The notes under the pieces were generated by a model. The model searched no databases. It was not told the origin of the DNA and saw only the letters and a program-made list of their open reading frames with translations. A DNA stretch of 63,976 nucleotides, the filler included, from Thraustochytrium aureum (lineage: Eukaryota): NCBI GenBank assembly GCA_012862495.1. It is 8 parts of 5 records of this genome, joined end to end, with 100 filler letters (N's around TTAATTAATTAA, not from the genome) between each part and the next. Parts side by side here need not be neighbours in the genome. Positions count along the whole stretch, not along the records: positions 41,577 to 48,996 come from BLSG01000217.1; positions 49,097 to 51,204 come from BLSG01000217.1; positions 51,305 to 55,068 come from BLSG01000218.1; positions 55,169 to 61,014 come from BLSG01000218.1; 4 more parts are not named here. The stretch is one strand, 5' to 3'. The position numbers and the translations under genes were made by a program. Below are positions 47,184 to 57,545 of the stretch, piece after piece (position 1 is the first letter of the stretch; every line of letters starts with the position of its first letter).

Positions 47184-47993
47184 ATGGGCCTGGTCTCGGA
47201 GCAGTTCGCATTGCACGACGAGGCGTGGCGCCAAGAGGCGGCAGAGCGCGCACGGCGCGACGTCGTCTGGGCAGATGGAGCCGCGCCGCCCAAGGGCGTG
47301 GCGACGCTTCCGGGGTTTCTGAGCGAGGCCGCGCTCGCCGATGCGGTGGCGGAGGCGCGCCAGAAGGCGGGCGCGGCCTTCGTGTCCCAACAGGCCCATG
47401 ACGCGTACCTCTCAGCGCAAGCGGACCCGGAGCTGCCCGAGGGCCACGTGCGCAACCGCCAAATGCTGACGACCGTTGCAAGCGTGGCCTGCGACGAGCT
47501 GGCCCGCGACGGCGCGCTCCATCAACTATACTTTGGGCCAACCGGCGACCTCCTGGTGGACTTTGTGAGCCGCGTCGTCGGCAAGCAGCTCTGGCGCCTG
47601 GACGACAAGCTGGGCGCCGTATCGATCAACGTGTTCCGCCCCGGCATGGAGCACGCCTGGCACTTTGACGAGTCCGAGTACACGGTCACGCTCTGTTTGC
47701 AGAAAGCCGAACGCGGCGGCGAGTTTGTCTACTCTCAGCCAATCCGGCAATCCGCCGATGAGCTTGCGGCGGATCAAGTCGAGCGCGTCATGGCTGGCCG
47801 GGCCCCGGTGGAGGCGCTTGCGTTCGAGCCTGGAACGCTGTCTATCTTTTCTGGCCGGCGATGTCTCCACAGGGTGGCACCTGTCGAGGGAAGGCGCGAC
47901 CGCCTTGTTGCTGTGCTTTGCTTTGCCTCGGAGCCGGGGGTTACCAACAGCGCAACGGTCCAAAATCAGTTTTGGGGGCGGAGCAAGGTGTGA
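47184..47993 (+). CDS. 2OG-Fe(II) oxygenase, HalD/BesD-like family, HxD (hydroxylase-type)
   Basis: GVATLPGFLSEAAL, SINVFRPGMEHAWHFDESEYTVTLCLQKAERGGEF, FEPGTLSIFSGRRCLHRVAPVEGRRDRLVAVL, giving H-x-D...H plus the 2OG-binding Arg. Confidence 0.82.
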   Translation: MGLVSEQFALHDEAWRQEAAERARRDVVWADGAAPPKGVATLPGFLSEAALADAVAEARQKAGAAFVSQQAHDAYLSAQADPELPEGHVRNRQMLTTVASVACDELARDGALHQLYFGPTGDLLVDFVSRVVGKQLWRLDDKLGAVSINVFRPGMEHAWHFDESEYTVTLCLQKAERGGEFVYSQPIRQSADELAADQVERVMAGRAPVEALAFEPGTLSIFSGRRCLHRVAPVEGRRDRLVAVLCFASEPGVTNSATVQNQFWGRSKV

Positions 47994-48148
47994 CTCTTGT
48001 ACAACATCGTTTTCCTTTCTGCGTTCTGCTCGGCTTGTCGCGCTGGAGCGTTTCTGAACCCCCGCAGCGTCTGCTAGCCCTGTCATGGCCTTCGCGCCCT
48101 TGCCCTCGGCACGTTACTCTCTCTAGCTAGAGCTAGAGCTTGCTAGAG

Positions 48149-48996
48149 CTAGGCGAAAGAGAACGAGTTTGACGTCTGAATCGCGTCGCCTTCTTCCTCC
48201 ATCGCGCTGTCAGCTTGCGCAGCTGTCGCGCTTGCGCCCAAAAAGGCCGGCGCGCTCTCTGTAGCAGCTAGGCCGCCCATGCCTGGGGCTGGTGGACGAG
48301 CAGGCAGCGCTTGCGGTCCAGAGCCCCAGCCCTTTGTGGGGGCGGCCGAGGCAGGAGCGCCGTACTGGACAGCCGGGGACTGGCCCCCCGCCGCCGATGG
48401 CAATTGCCCAGTCTGCACGGGGCTTTGGGGGACCGGCTGGCCAGCGTCTGAGCTCGCAGGCGCCAAGGGGTGGTACTGCGCGTAAAAGCGTGCTGGGAAA
48501 AGCTGCCGCAGGATCATGTGGGCCTCTTCAACCTGCTGCTTGTGCTGGAGCGAGAGGTGGAGCTGCTCGTTGGCCAGGATATTGTGCAAGCTCGCGTTGC
48601 GGCTCTCGTAGTACTTTTCATTGCTCGAGTAGCGAAACTGCAAAACTGCTGAGGTCACGTTGGCGGGGTGCAGCTTCTTGTATCCCACGTGGTATGCAAA
48701 GGTTTTCTTGAACGCAGTCGGGTCCTCGGCGGCAAGGCACTTCAGATCCTCGTACACCGTCCCTCCAGTCGTAGACTTGAGAACGCCATCGACCACTATG
48801 TGGGAATTTGCCTGCGCGCTGCAGGAAAACCCGCACTGGCCCATCGCTTCGAGGACGGTGGCGGCCTCGGGGTCGCAGATGAGGATCATCAGGTCGAACT
48901 CGCCAAGCGCGTACCAGGACGTGACAACGCCCTCCAGGAAGTGGACGGCCACCGGGTTGCTCCACTGGCCGTCAGCGAGCCTCTTCATAAAGACGG
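48149..48996 (-). CDS. Protein with a possible divergent Ysc84/SYLF domain and Pro/Gln/Ala-rich tail (5' truncated)
   Basis: FMKRLADGQWSNPVAV...FDLMILICDPEAA resembles SYLF ARLxDGSWSAPSA...DxVxILN. The low-complexity tail ends SNSFSFA. The domain call is weak; the coding status is more secure. Confidence 0.5.
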
Positions 48997-49040
48997 NNNN
49001 NNNNNNNNNNNNNNNNNNNNNNNNNNNNNNNNNNNNNNNN

Positions 49041-49052
49041 TTAATTAATTAA
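49041..49052. other. Artificial scaffold-joining spacer TTAATTAATTAA
   Basis: Same 12-mer flanked by Ns. Confidence 0.97.
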
Positions 49053-49096
49053 NNNNNNNNNNNNNNNNNNNNNNNNNNNNNNNNNNNNNNNNNNNN

Positions 49097-50876
49097 CTGA
49101 TTGCGTGGGTGAACGAGGGCAATGTGTTCTTTAGGCCGCCGCTGCTTTTAGCCTTGGTGTGGTTTTTGTGGGGCATTAATGTGTGGGTGTTCCAAAAGGT
49201 CCACCTGGACTATTGCCGCGTGCTGCAGTTCGACCCGGCAACCACGCTGAGCCCCTCTGCGATCTGCGGGTCGGGGCTGGGGATATTTGCTGCCCTTATG
49301 GTGCTGTGGTTTGTTTACCGGCTTGAGTGGCCGTTCGAGGACGTCCTGTGGATCCCGAGCTGCATGTACATCGTTGCTTTTTTCCTTTTAGTGATCCCGC
49401 TCGACGTCCTGCATCGCAAAGGGCGGGAGAGGCTCGTGACCAACCTGATGCGCGTGTTCGCGCCGTCCCCTGGCGGGGTGCTCTTTGTGGAGGTCGTGCT
49501 GGGGGATATGCTCACCTCGCTCAGCAAGGCGTTGGCCGACTTGCAGGTCAGCCTCTGCGTGCTGCTGAGCCACGCGTTTTCACAAGAGAGCCCAGGGCAT
49601 CAGGACGTCTCGACGGTGGCCGGGGTGGCGCAGGTCATGGGGCGTGGCCACCGGCGACGGCACGAGCGGGATGCCGTCGATGCCCGTCGCAGCGCACCCA
49701 GCGCTGCAAGCGGCTTGCGCAGAAAGCCTGCTGCGCCCGCTGGTGACGAGCTTGCCGTTCCTGCTGCGGTTTCGCCAGTGCATAGTGGCCTACCGGGCCA
49801 CAGGCCAGGCCTTTCCGCACCTGGTGAACGCAGCCAAGTACGCCTCGGCGATGCCGGTGATCTGGATCTCCACCTTTGCGCACCACTTCCCGGACCAGTA
49901 CGGGCTCTCTGCGCGCAAGATGTGGCTTGTCGCAATTACGTTCAACTCGTTCTTCTCGTTCCTCTGGGACGTGGTGATGGATTTCGGGCTCTTTCGAAGC
50001 GAGACCCGCCACCTTTTCCTCAGGGAGCGGCTCTACTACGTCAGCGATGGGCCTGCGCCACGGCGCCTCGTGTTCGGGCCGGCTGCGGACGCGCCCGACA
50101 AGGTTGCGTCCTCCGCCCCGCCCACGCTGCTCAAGCCAAAGAGCTCGGGCCAGGACTTGGGCGCTTTCTTGGACGGGGAGGAGGCCAACGAGCTCAGGGA
50201 CGGTCCTGCAGAGGCTGACGCGCGCATGGACGACGACAATGCCGAAACGCTCGCCTTCCTCCAGGATACGACCAATCACCGCGCCGACGCGCTTGCTGAT
50301 GCGGCGAGCAAGGCGATCACGATCGGCGGCGCTGCAGCGCCGGAGGGCATGACGAAGCGCACAAATATGTCCTTCGACTCGGGCGACGCCTTGGCGCGCA
50401 GCCGGCGTCGCTCTCAGAATTTGCGGTTCCCGGCCGGGCTGGCGAGCACGGGGCTTACTCCGCCGTCGCCCCCAAACGGCACCTTGGCATACCCGTTCCA
50501 CCAGCCGCTGCTCCCGCAAACGCCCGTCTTTACTATGCGGCGATCATGCTCGACTTTTGTTACGCGTGCTGTGGTCCTTCAAGCTCTCGGTGCACCTCAA
50601 CCTGACGTCCGAGGGGCTCACCTTTGTGCTGGAGATGTGCGAGGTCCTCCGGCGTTGGCTGTGGCTTTTTTTCCGCATCGAGTGGCAGTGCATCGAGCTG
50701 GAAGACCGCGATCGCGACGAGGACCGAGCGAGCGACTTGGAGCAGTTTGCGGGTGACGGCTTGGAGCAGTCCAAGCCCTCGTCGCCGTCCACCAAGCCCG
50801 GCTGGTCGGTGGGCTCGACTGGCCCTCTGCGCGTGCGCACCTCGTCCGACCGGTCAGTTGCCATGGGGGGGACTGA
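49097..50876 (+). CDS. EXS-family (ERD1/XPR1/SYG1) membrane protein, 5' truncated, frameshifted, end approximate
   Basis: LWGINVWVF, VLFVEVVLGDMLTSLSKALADL, LPFLLRFRQC, PHLVNAAKYAS, NSFFSFLWDVVMDFGL, LRERLYY, LRVLWSFKL, EVLRRWLWLFFRIEW. Confidence 0.9.
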
Positions 50877-51016
50877 CGGTGGATTGGGCTGGGTGTGCGG
50901 TTGTACGAGCTTGCCCGAAGGCTTGCCAGTAGCGGCAAGTCGAAGAGCAAGTGAGTTGGCGAGCCTGGTCCTGAACGAGAGAACGAACGCATTCGGAAGT
51001 GCCCGGGTGGGGGCGG

Positions 51017-51052
51017 GCGCAGACGCCGCTTGGTGCGCAGACGCCGCTTGGT
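51017..51052. repeat. 18-bp perfect tandem duplication
   Basis: gcgcagacgccgcttggt twice. Confidence 0.9.
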
Positions 51053-51248
51053 GCGCGGCAAGAGCACAGCGGCCGGTCGAGCCCGCCGCTATTTGCCAAC
51101 CAGAGCTCTCTGAAGCCGCGGGCGCCAGAGCTGGGCGCTGCGGGCTGCAGGCTCTCGAGGCGGGAGCGCGCGCGCGAGGGGGAAACGAGGCTTTTGTCGC
51201 AAAANNNNNNNNNNNNNNNNNNNNNNNNNNNNNNNNNNNNNNNNNNNN

Positions 51249-51260
51249 TTAATTAATTAA
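51249..51260. other. Artificial scaffold-joining spacer TTAATTAATTAA
   Basis: Same 12-mer flanked by Ns. Confidence 0.97.
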
Positions 51261-51848
51261 NNNNNNNNNNNNNNNNNNNNNNNNNNNNNNNNNNNNNNNN
51301 NNNNCCCGACCACGCGGCCGACAGCTGCGAGTTGTCCCTGACGCATCCATCCTCGGCTGCCTTGGACGTCCAGAGCTATGAGCGAACTGCAGCGTCAGTG
51401 GGAGCCATGTGCGGCTCAGACGTGCGCGGCCAGCCCTGGCCACTTGTTTCGAGGCAAGAACAACCGTCCCTAACAAGTCACCTGCGTTGGCTTTGCTGTA
51501 CGGAAGCGCAGGGAGCGCGAGTGGCAACGCTTCAAGTTGACGCGCAGCCGAGCTCTTCTGGGGGACCTCGAGAGTACTCTCGCGTCTGGAACGCAAGAAG
51601 GACGACGCAAGAAGAGCGGCTTGAACGGGAAGCGTCCAACTTCGCAAGCACAAAGTATCGGTCGAAGCGTGTCCTGGACCACAACGTCGTGGATCGACTC
51701 GTTCGTCAGGACCGATAGCTTCGCTGAAGTGTCTCACAATCTAGCGTGCCCGCATCTCAAGGCTGTCTTCCGTCACGTTTGCGTCACCTGGGCCAGATCT
51801 GGATACTCGAGTTTCGACGAGGCCTATGGCGCAGCGAGACGTCTGTTG

Positions 51849-51918
51849 GTGCTGCCATACAGCGGCGTTTCGTTCATCGTCTTGTGCTGCCTTACAGCGG
51901 CGTTTCGTTCATCGTTTT
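51849..51918. repeat. 35-bp tandem duplication (2 mismatches)
   Basis: gtgctgccatacagcggcgtttcgttcatcgtctt followed by gtgctgccttacagcggcgtttcgttcatcgtttt. Confidence 0.9.
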
Positions 51919-53209
51919 GCGGTCGCGCCTCCCGTCTCTTTTCGCGTGGCGAAGCGACTCCCCAACCACATGGAGCATCGGTCGCTACGGAACTGGTCTG
52001 ATTGATGTCTCTCCAGCACGCGGCGGCCTCCGTCGCGCGCAGGGATGTCCCGGTCACTGGCTGCCTGATCATTTCCGTCAACACCCCATGCATCATGAGG
52101 GTTGACGCGAAAGGTCCACGACACACTTGCTGACGATCGATCACGCGCGGAGCGAACCAGCTTCAAGCAACCTCTTCATGGAGCGGCCGAGAGCCTAACC
52201 AGACGAACGCCGGCTGCGCGCCAGCCCCCAGCGGCCACGGCACGAAGCGGTTTCTTCCCCGACCTCCAACGTGCCNNNNNNNNNNNNNNNNNNNNNNNNN
52301 NNNNNNNNNNNNNNNNNNNNNNNNNNNNNNNNNNNNNNNNNNNNNNNNNNNNNNNNNNNNNNNNNNNNNNNNNNNNNNNNNNNNNNNNNNNNNNNNNNNN
52401 NNNNNNNNNNNNNNNNNNNNNNNNNNNNNNNNNNNNNNNNNNNNNNNNNNNNNNNNNNNNNNNNNNNNNNNNNNNNNNNNNNNNNNNNNNNNNNNNNNNN
52501 NNNNNNNNNNNNNNNNNNNNNNNNNNNNNNNNNNNNNNNNNNNNNNNNNNNNNNNNNNNNNNNNNNNNNNNNNNNNNNNNNNNNNNNNNNNNNNNNNNNN
52601 NNNNNNNNNNNNNNNNNNNNNNNNNNNNNNNNNNNNNNNNNNNNNNNNNNNNNNNNNNNNNNNNNNNNNNNNNNNNNNNNNNNNNNNNNNNNNNNNNNNN
52701 NNNNNNNNNNNNNNNNNNNNNNNNNNNNNNNNNNNNNNNNNNNNNNNNNNNNNNNNNNNNNNNNNNNNNNNNNNNNNNNNNNNNNNNNNNNNNNNNNNNN
52801 NNNNNNNNNNNNNNNNNNNNNNNNNNNNNNNNNNNNNNNNNNNNNNNNNNNNNNNNNNNNNNNNNNNNNNNNNNNNNNNNNNNNNNNNNNNNNNNNNNNN
52901 NNNNNNNNNNNNNNNNNNNNNNNNNNNNNNNNNNNNNNNNNNNNNNNNNNNNNNNNNNNNNNNNNNNNNNNNNNNNNNNNNNNNNNNNNNNNNNNNNNNN
53001 NNNNNNNNNNNNNNNNNNNNNNNNNNNNNNNNNNNNNNNNNNNNNNNNNNNNNNNNNNNNNNNNNNNNNNNNNNNNNNNNNNNNNNNNNNNNNNNNNNNN
53101 NNNNNNNNNNNNNNNNNNNNNNNNNNNNNNNNNNNNNNNNNNNNNNNNNNNNNNCTTGAGCTAAAGCCAAGTTGGAGCACTTGCAGCTGAACGCGGGGCG
53201 CGCTTGCGG

Positions 53210-55068
53210 TCAGCGCGGCTGCATCTTCTCCAAAGAGAAGAACGCGCCACGGAGGCGCAAGTGCTGGCTGCCGGGCTCCCTTGCCTTGAAAAACAGGGTG
53301 ACGGTCGACTTGGCCGTGCGCACGCTCTCGTGGAAAAACCAGCCGCGAAGGGCGGCGTTAGAGCGCGCGTCGGCGGACACGCTGTTGATGAGCGCCCTCT
53401 GCGCGACGACGGAGAAGGCGTGCACCTTGACGTTTGCGCCTTGCGCGTGCGCAATCAGCTTGACGCTGATGGTCGAGTCGGGCGCAAGGACGATCTCGTT
53501 TGGCACGAGCTCGCTCCGCTTGACAAAGGCCTCGGCCTCGGCGCGCGGTGCGTGGCGCGTCTGCTCGAGGTGGCTGCGGCAGACCGATCGCGACTCTATC
53601 TGGCCTCGCTCGGCGGCGAAAAACGCGCCGAACAAGTTGGACGCCTTGGTTTGCCAGCGCAGCCGTTCCGGTCGCACGCTCCCCCAGCTGATGAGTTTTC
53701 CTCTGAGCTCAAACTCGATCGAGAAGACGAATTTGGCGGGAAAGCAGCGGATGTCGAGGGCCTTGGGTTTCGACGCGCTCGCGCTGCCGGTTGCTGCCAA
53801 AGCCGACGGCGGCGAGACGGACGTGGCGCTCATCGAAAGGCTAGTCGATGAAGCCGCTGCGGCTGATTTTGTGCTCTGAGATCGCGCGGGGCCGGCGCGT
53901 GCAGGGTTGGGACTCGGCTTGTTGGGGGCGCTTGAGGCGGCCCGGCTGTGGTCCGCTTCGCTCGCAGGCGCCTTCCTCGGTCTTTTTGCGCTGCGAGCTT
54001 CTTCTCGGGGCTTGAGAGGCGACTCCTCTGCAGGAGGGGGCAAAGCTTCTCGCCGTTTCTTCCCGGCCGCCCTGCTGGCCGACCCTGCCTCGGCCTGCCC
54101 CTGAGTAGGATCAGTTATTGCTGCCGGCGCAAGTCTGTTTCTTTTGGTGGCGACGTTGTGGCCTCCGCGCGGGCCTGCTCGATGGTGTGTAAGCGCTGCT
54201 CGAAGGGGCCCCGCAGCAAGGCAGACACCGCCTCGACTTTTTCGCTGAGCGAGGTGGAGGCGGTCATCGAGGCCAAGTCCAGCGTCCGAACCTTGGTGGA
54301 GACCCACTGGTACTCGGCTTTCAAAGCGTCTACCTTGGCCTGCAGCCGGCCGAGCGCAGCGTCCACAGCCGCCTCGCGCTCCTGCGCGGACCGATTCTGG
54401 GCCTGAATCGAGTTGACCTTGAAGGTCATGTCGCTGATCGCGGAGGAGACCTCTGTCGACATGCGCTCCCTCGCGCAGTCCGCCGCCGCGCGCTGCAGCT
54501 CGGCGTCGTTTGCGAAGCGCGCGGCCTTGTCGGCCATTTCCTTGGCGCGAATGACGAGTTGCTCGGCGCGCTCGCTGGTCCTTTCCGCGCCCGCTTCTCC
54601 TGCTTTGCGAGCCGCCTTCTCCGAGGCGTCGATGCGCTTCGCCAGCGGCGCGGTCTCCCTCTTCGCCTCCCGCTGCGCCTCGCGCGCCACGAGTGCGCGC
54701 AAGCGAATTTCGTCGGCCTCCTTGTCCGCCAACAGCCTCGCAACGCGGTCCTCGGCCTCTTTCAGTCTCTCGCGCAGCGGCTCGACGGCCTGCTCAACAG
54801 CCTCCTTGACGAGCGCCTTCAGATCGGCGGCCGAGTCCCCGAGCGGTGCGTTCATCCTCCTCGTCGCTCTTTCGGCAACGCCCAGGAGCCTCTCGGCGTC
54901 AGAGCGCCGCCCGGCCACCTTCGCCCGGGCCTGCTCCACCTTGACCTTGACCTGCTCGTCGCGGCCCTTGCGCGACATGTCGACATGGACAGGCTCCATG
55001 GCCTGGACCTCGACAGCAACGACGACAACGACCAAGGCAAGTCGTCGCCGTCGTGGACGTCGTCCACG
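53210..55068 (-). CDS. Uncharacterised protein: coiled-coil N-half, low-complexity basic linker, globular C-terminal domain (frameshift near 54130)
   Basis: ORF 54115-55035 is A/E/K/R heptad-rich. ORF 53210-54307 supplies a KR-rich linker and a beta-rich C-terminal region. No family recognised. Confidence 0.55.
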
Positions 55069-55112
55069 NNNNNNNNNNNNNNNNNNNNNNNNNNNNNNNN
55101 NNNNNNNNNNNN

Positions 55113-55124
55113 TTAATTAATTAA
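55113..55124. other. Artificial scaffold-joining spacer TTAATTAATTAA
   Basis: Same 12-mer flanked by Ns. Confidence 0.97.
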
Positions 55125-56213
55125 NNNNNNNNNNNNNNNNNNNNNNNNNNNNNNNNNNNNNNNNNNNNTCAACAGCCTTTCGTTGGGCTCGATCGTGGGT
55201 GCCACGGTCGCCGACATCCTGCCCGCTCTGGGCCGGCCACCCATGCGCACGCACGGATCGCAAAAGGTCGCCGACCGAGCCAAGCCAACGGCCATCTGGC
55301 TCGCCTGACCTCCGTCCCATCGCAACGGGGGCTGTGCATGCTCGAACTGGGCGTGCGCCGTGGCAGCAGATCGACTCAGGCGCTCTTCGATCGATCAAGA
55401 CCAGCTCTTGACCAAGGGTGGCGTCCACGCTGCGATTCCCGAGTCGATTCGATCGCCGCGGCGGTGGAGGAGGCGGCAAGTCCATCGCGTTGCGTTCACA
55501 ACGCCGGAGAGGGATGGACCTGCGTGGGAGCGTCGCGTGCACAACTCCCTCGATTAACGCTCGACAGACACCTGCGCGGCTCGGCGCACTCTATCCGCTC
55601 GCTCGGGACAACATTTGGAGGCACGGCCACGCCAGCGAGGCTAGTGCTGTACCGATCGTTGCCAGCTGGGTTGCGCGCGCGGCTGTACCCCAGCGCTTCC
55701 GTTCAGTCAAATTGGAGTTGGTCTGCGCGCGCTCGTGTTTGTTTGCGCCTGGCAGGCGTTTGGTTGGGCGGGTGCACGTCAGCTTCACCCGCGCGAGGGG
55801 GCGCCTTGGCGAGGCTTGTGCAGATTGTGCGCCTGCGTGTGTGATTGTGGTTCGAAGCGCACGGCGAGCGAGCTTCGAGTTGGAGGAGCGATGAATTTGT
55901 GCAACTTGACTTGGACCGCCTGCCCGCGACACCCCCCTTGGCCCTCTTGACTGGGTGAAACGAGCCATCATCCCGCATTGCGACGTGGTGGGATGAATGC
56001 ACTCTGCCTTCTCTACGCTCAGGCTTGAGCTCGCTCCTTTTTGTGCAAGGATCGGCAGGGGTATGTAGAGTAGCGCACGGCCAACGGCGAATGGCATGGC
56101 ATCATGAAGCCAGCCAGCCCCACAACCCGAGCGCCAAACACCAAACACCGAACGCCAAACCAAACACAGGCCAAACCAACAGCAGCAGCAGGCACACGCA
56201 CAGACACGAGAGA

Positions 56214-57545
56214 ATGAAGGGCTTTGTGATGGCGATGGGGCTTGGCGCCGCCGCTGGCGCCAACGGCCTCTCCCTCGTGGTCAAAAGCCTGTCCAAGTAT
56301 CCGGGATACACTGGCGACCTTGCGGTGTCGGTGACCACCCCCGTGGTGATCGCGTTTGAAGGGGAGACGGTGAAACTCAAGGGCGCGCTGGCCAACCTGG
56401 AGGCCAGCAAGGTTGGCGGCTTTCACATTCACGCCGGCGCGACCTGTGAGCGCGCCGGGCCCCACTACTGGGAAGGCACCTTTCTGGACCCGTGGAACGT
56501 GGTGACTTGGTCGAGCGACGCCGACGGCAAGGCTACGCTAGACCTTACGGCCGTCAACTACACGTCCGCCGCGCAGAAGGCGACGTTCGGGCGCGTGGTG
56601 GTCGTGCACGACTCCAAGGGCGCGCGCGTAGCGTGTGGCAAGATCGAGCCAGAGACCGGCGTCGTCTCGCTGGCCTCGGGGACCTCTGCGCCCTACCCGG
56701 GCGTCGACAGCACCCTCACCGCCAAGGGCAAGATGGGCACCTACCTGACCTGGACCGGCCAGGCGCCCTCGGGCTCGGTCGAGCTCGGCCTGGACAACGT
56801 CCTCTCGTACGACCTGGGCGACCTCGTTCCGTCTGGGACCCATGGCATCCACATCCACGAAAGCAAGACGTGCGCGGAGGAGTCTGGCCCGCACTGGTAT
56901 GTCGAAGGCGTCAGCGACCCCTGGACCACCACACTCAGCGCGGACGCGGAAGGCAAGGGCAAAGGCACCGTCAACGTGACCGAGCTGGTCGGCGCGTACC
57001 CGTTCGACTCGAACGTGGACCACACCGTCGTGGTGCACCACCCGAACGGGACCAAGATCGGCTGCGCTGTGCTTGCCCGCGTGTTCCAGGGCCAGGGCCA
57101 CGTCATTGCGTACGCGCAGGGCAACGGCGTCGTTGTGGAGGGCTGGGGCGAGGATGTGCAGGGCTCTAACGGGGTCATGATGGGCGCGCACGTGCACGAG
57201 GGCACCAGCTGCGCGAGCTCTGGCGGCCACCTGCTCGACAGCAACGGCGAGGACCCGTGGCTCGTCACGGAGGCCCCTGTCACGGTGACCGAGCAGGTGG
57301 ACGGCGCAGCGAGGCCGCTCCGTAAGCGTGCCTACTTCAAGTTCGAGGTCGAGGAGTTTTCGCTCAAGGACGTTGCCAACCGCACGTTTGTGATGCACGA
57401 GACCTCGGGCCGTCGTGCGACGTGCGCAGAGCTCGCGTCGTTCATCGTTGACCAGGAGGAGGACGAGGAGCCCACCAACACTGGCGCTTCTGGCGTGGTG
57501 GCCTCGTCCTTTCTCGTGGCCGCTCTTGTCGCCCTCGTTCTCTAA
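56214..57545 (+). CDS. Secreted, probably GPI-anchored protein with three tandem Cu-only SOD-like domains
   Basis: Signal peptide MKGFVMAMGLGAAAGANG. Three repeats of HxH...C...G[PG]H...DPW...V[VM]H...[RK]xxC. Acidic spacer and hydrophobic C-terminus TGASGVVASSFLVAALVALVL. Confidence 0.88.
   Translation: MKGFVMAMGLGAAAGANGLSLVVKSLSKYPGYTGDLAVSVTTPVVIAFEGETVKLKGALANLEASKVGGFHIHAGATCERAGPHYWEGTFLDPWNVVTWSSDADGKATLDLTAVNYTSAAQKATFGRVVVVHDSKGARVACGKIEPETGVVSLASGTSAPYPGVDSTLTAKGKMGTYLTWTGQAPSGSVELGLDNVLSYDLGDLVPSGTHGIHIHESKTCAEESGPHWYVEGVSDPWTTTLSADAEGKGKGTVNVTELVGAYPFDSNVDHTVVVHHPNGTKIGCAVLARVFQGQGHVIAYAQGNGVVVEGWGEDVQGSNGVMMGAHVHEGTSCASSGGHLLDSNGEDPWLVTEAPVTVTEQVDGAARPLRKRAYFKFEVEEFSLKDVANRTFVMHETSGRRATCAELASFIVDQEEDEEPTNTGASGVVASSFLVAALVALVL

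Noticed and set aside
51849..51918. 35-bp direct repeats as a possible CRISPR array
   Set aside because: Only two adjacent copies with no spacer, no cas genes, and a eukaryotic context.
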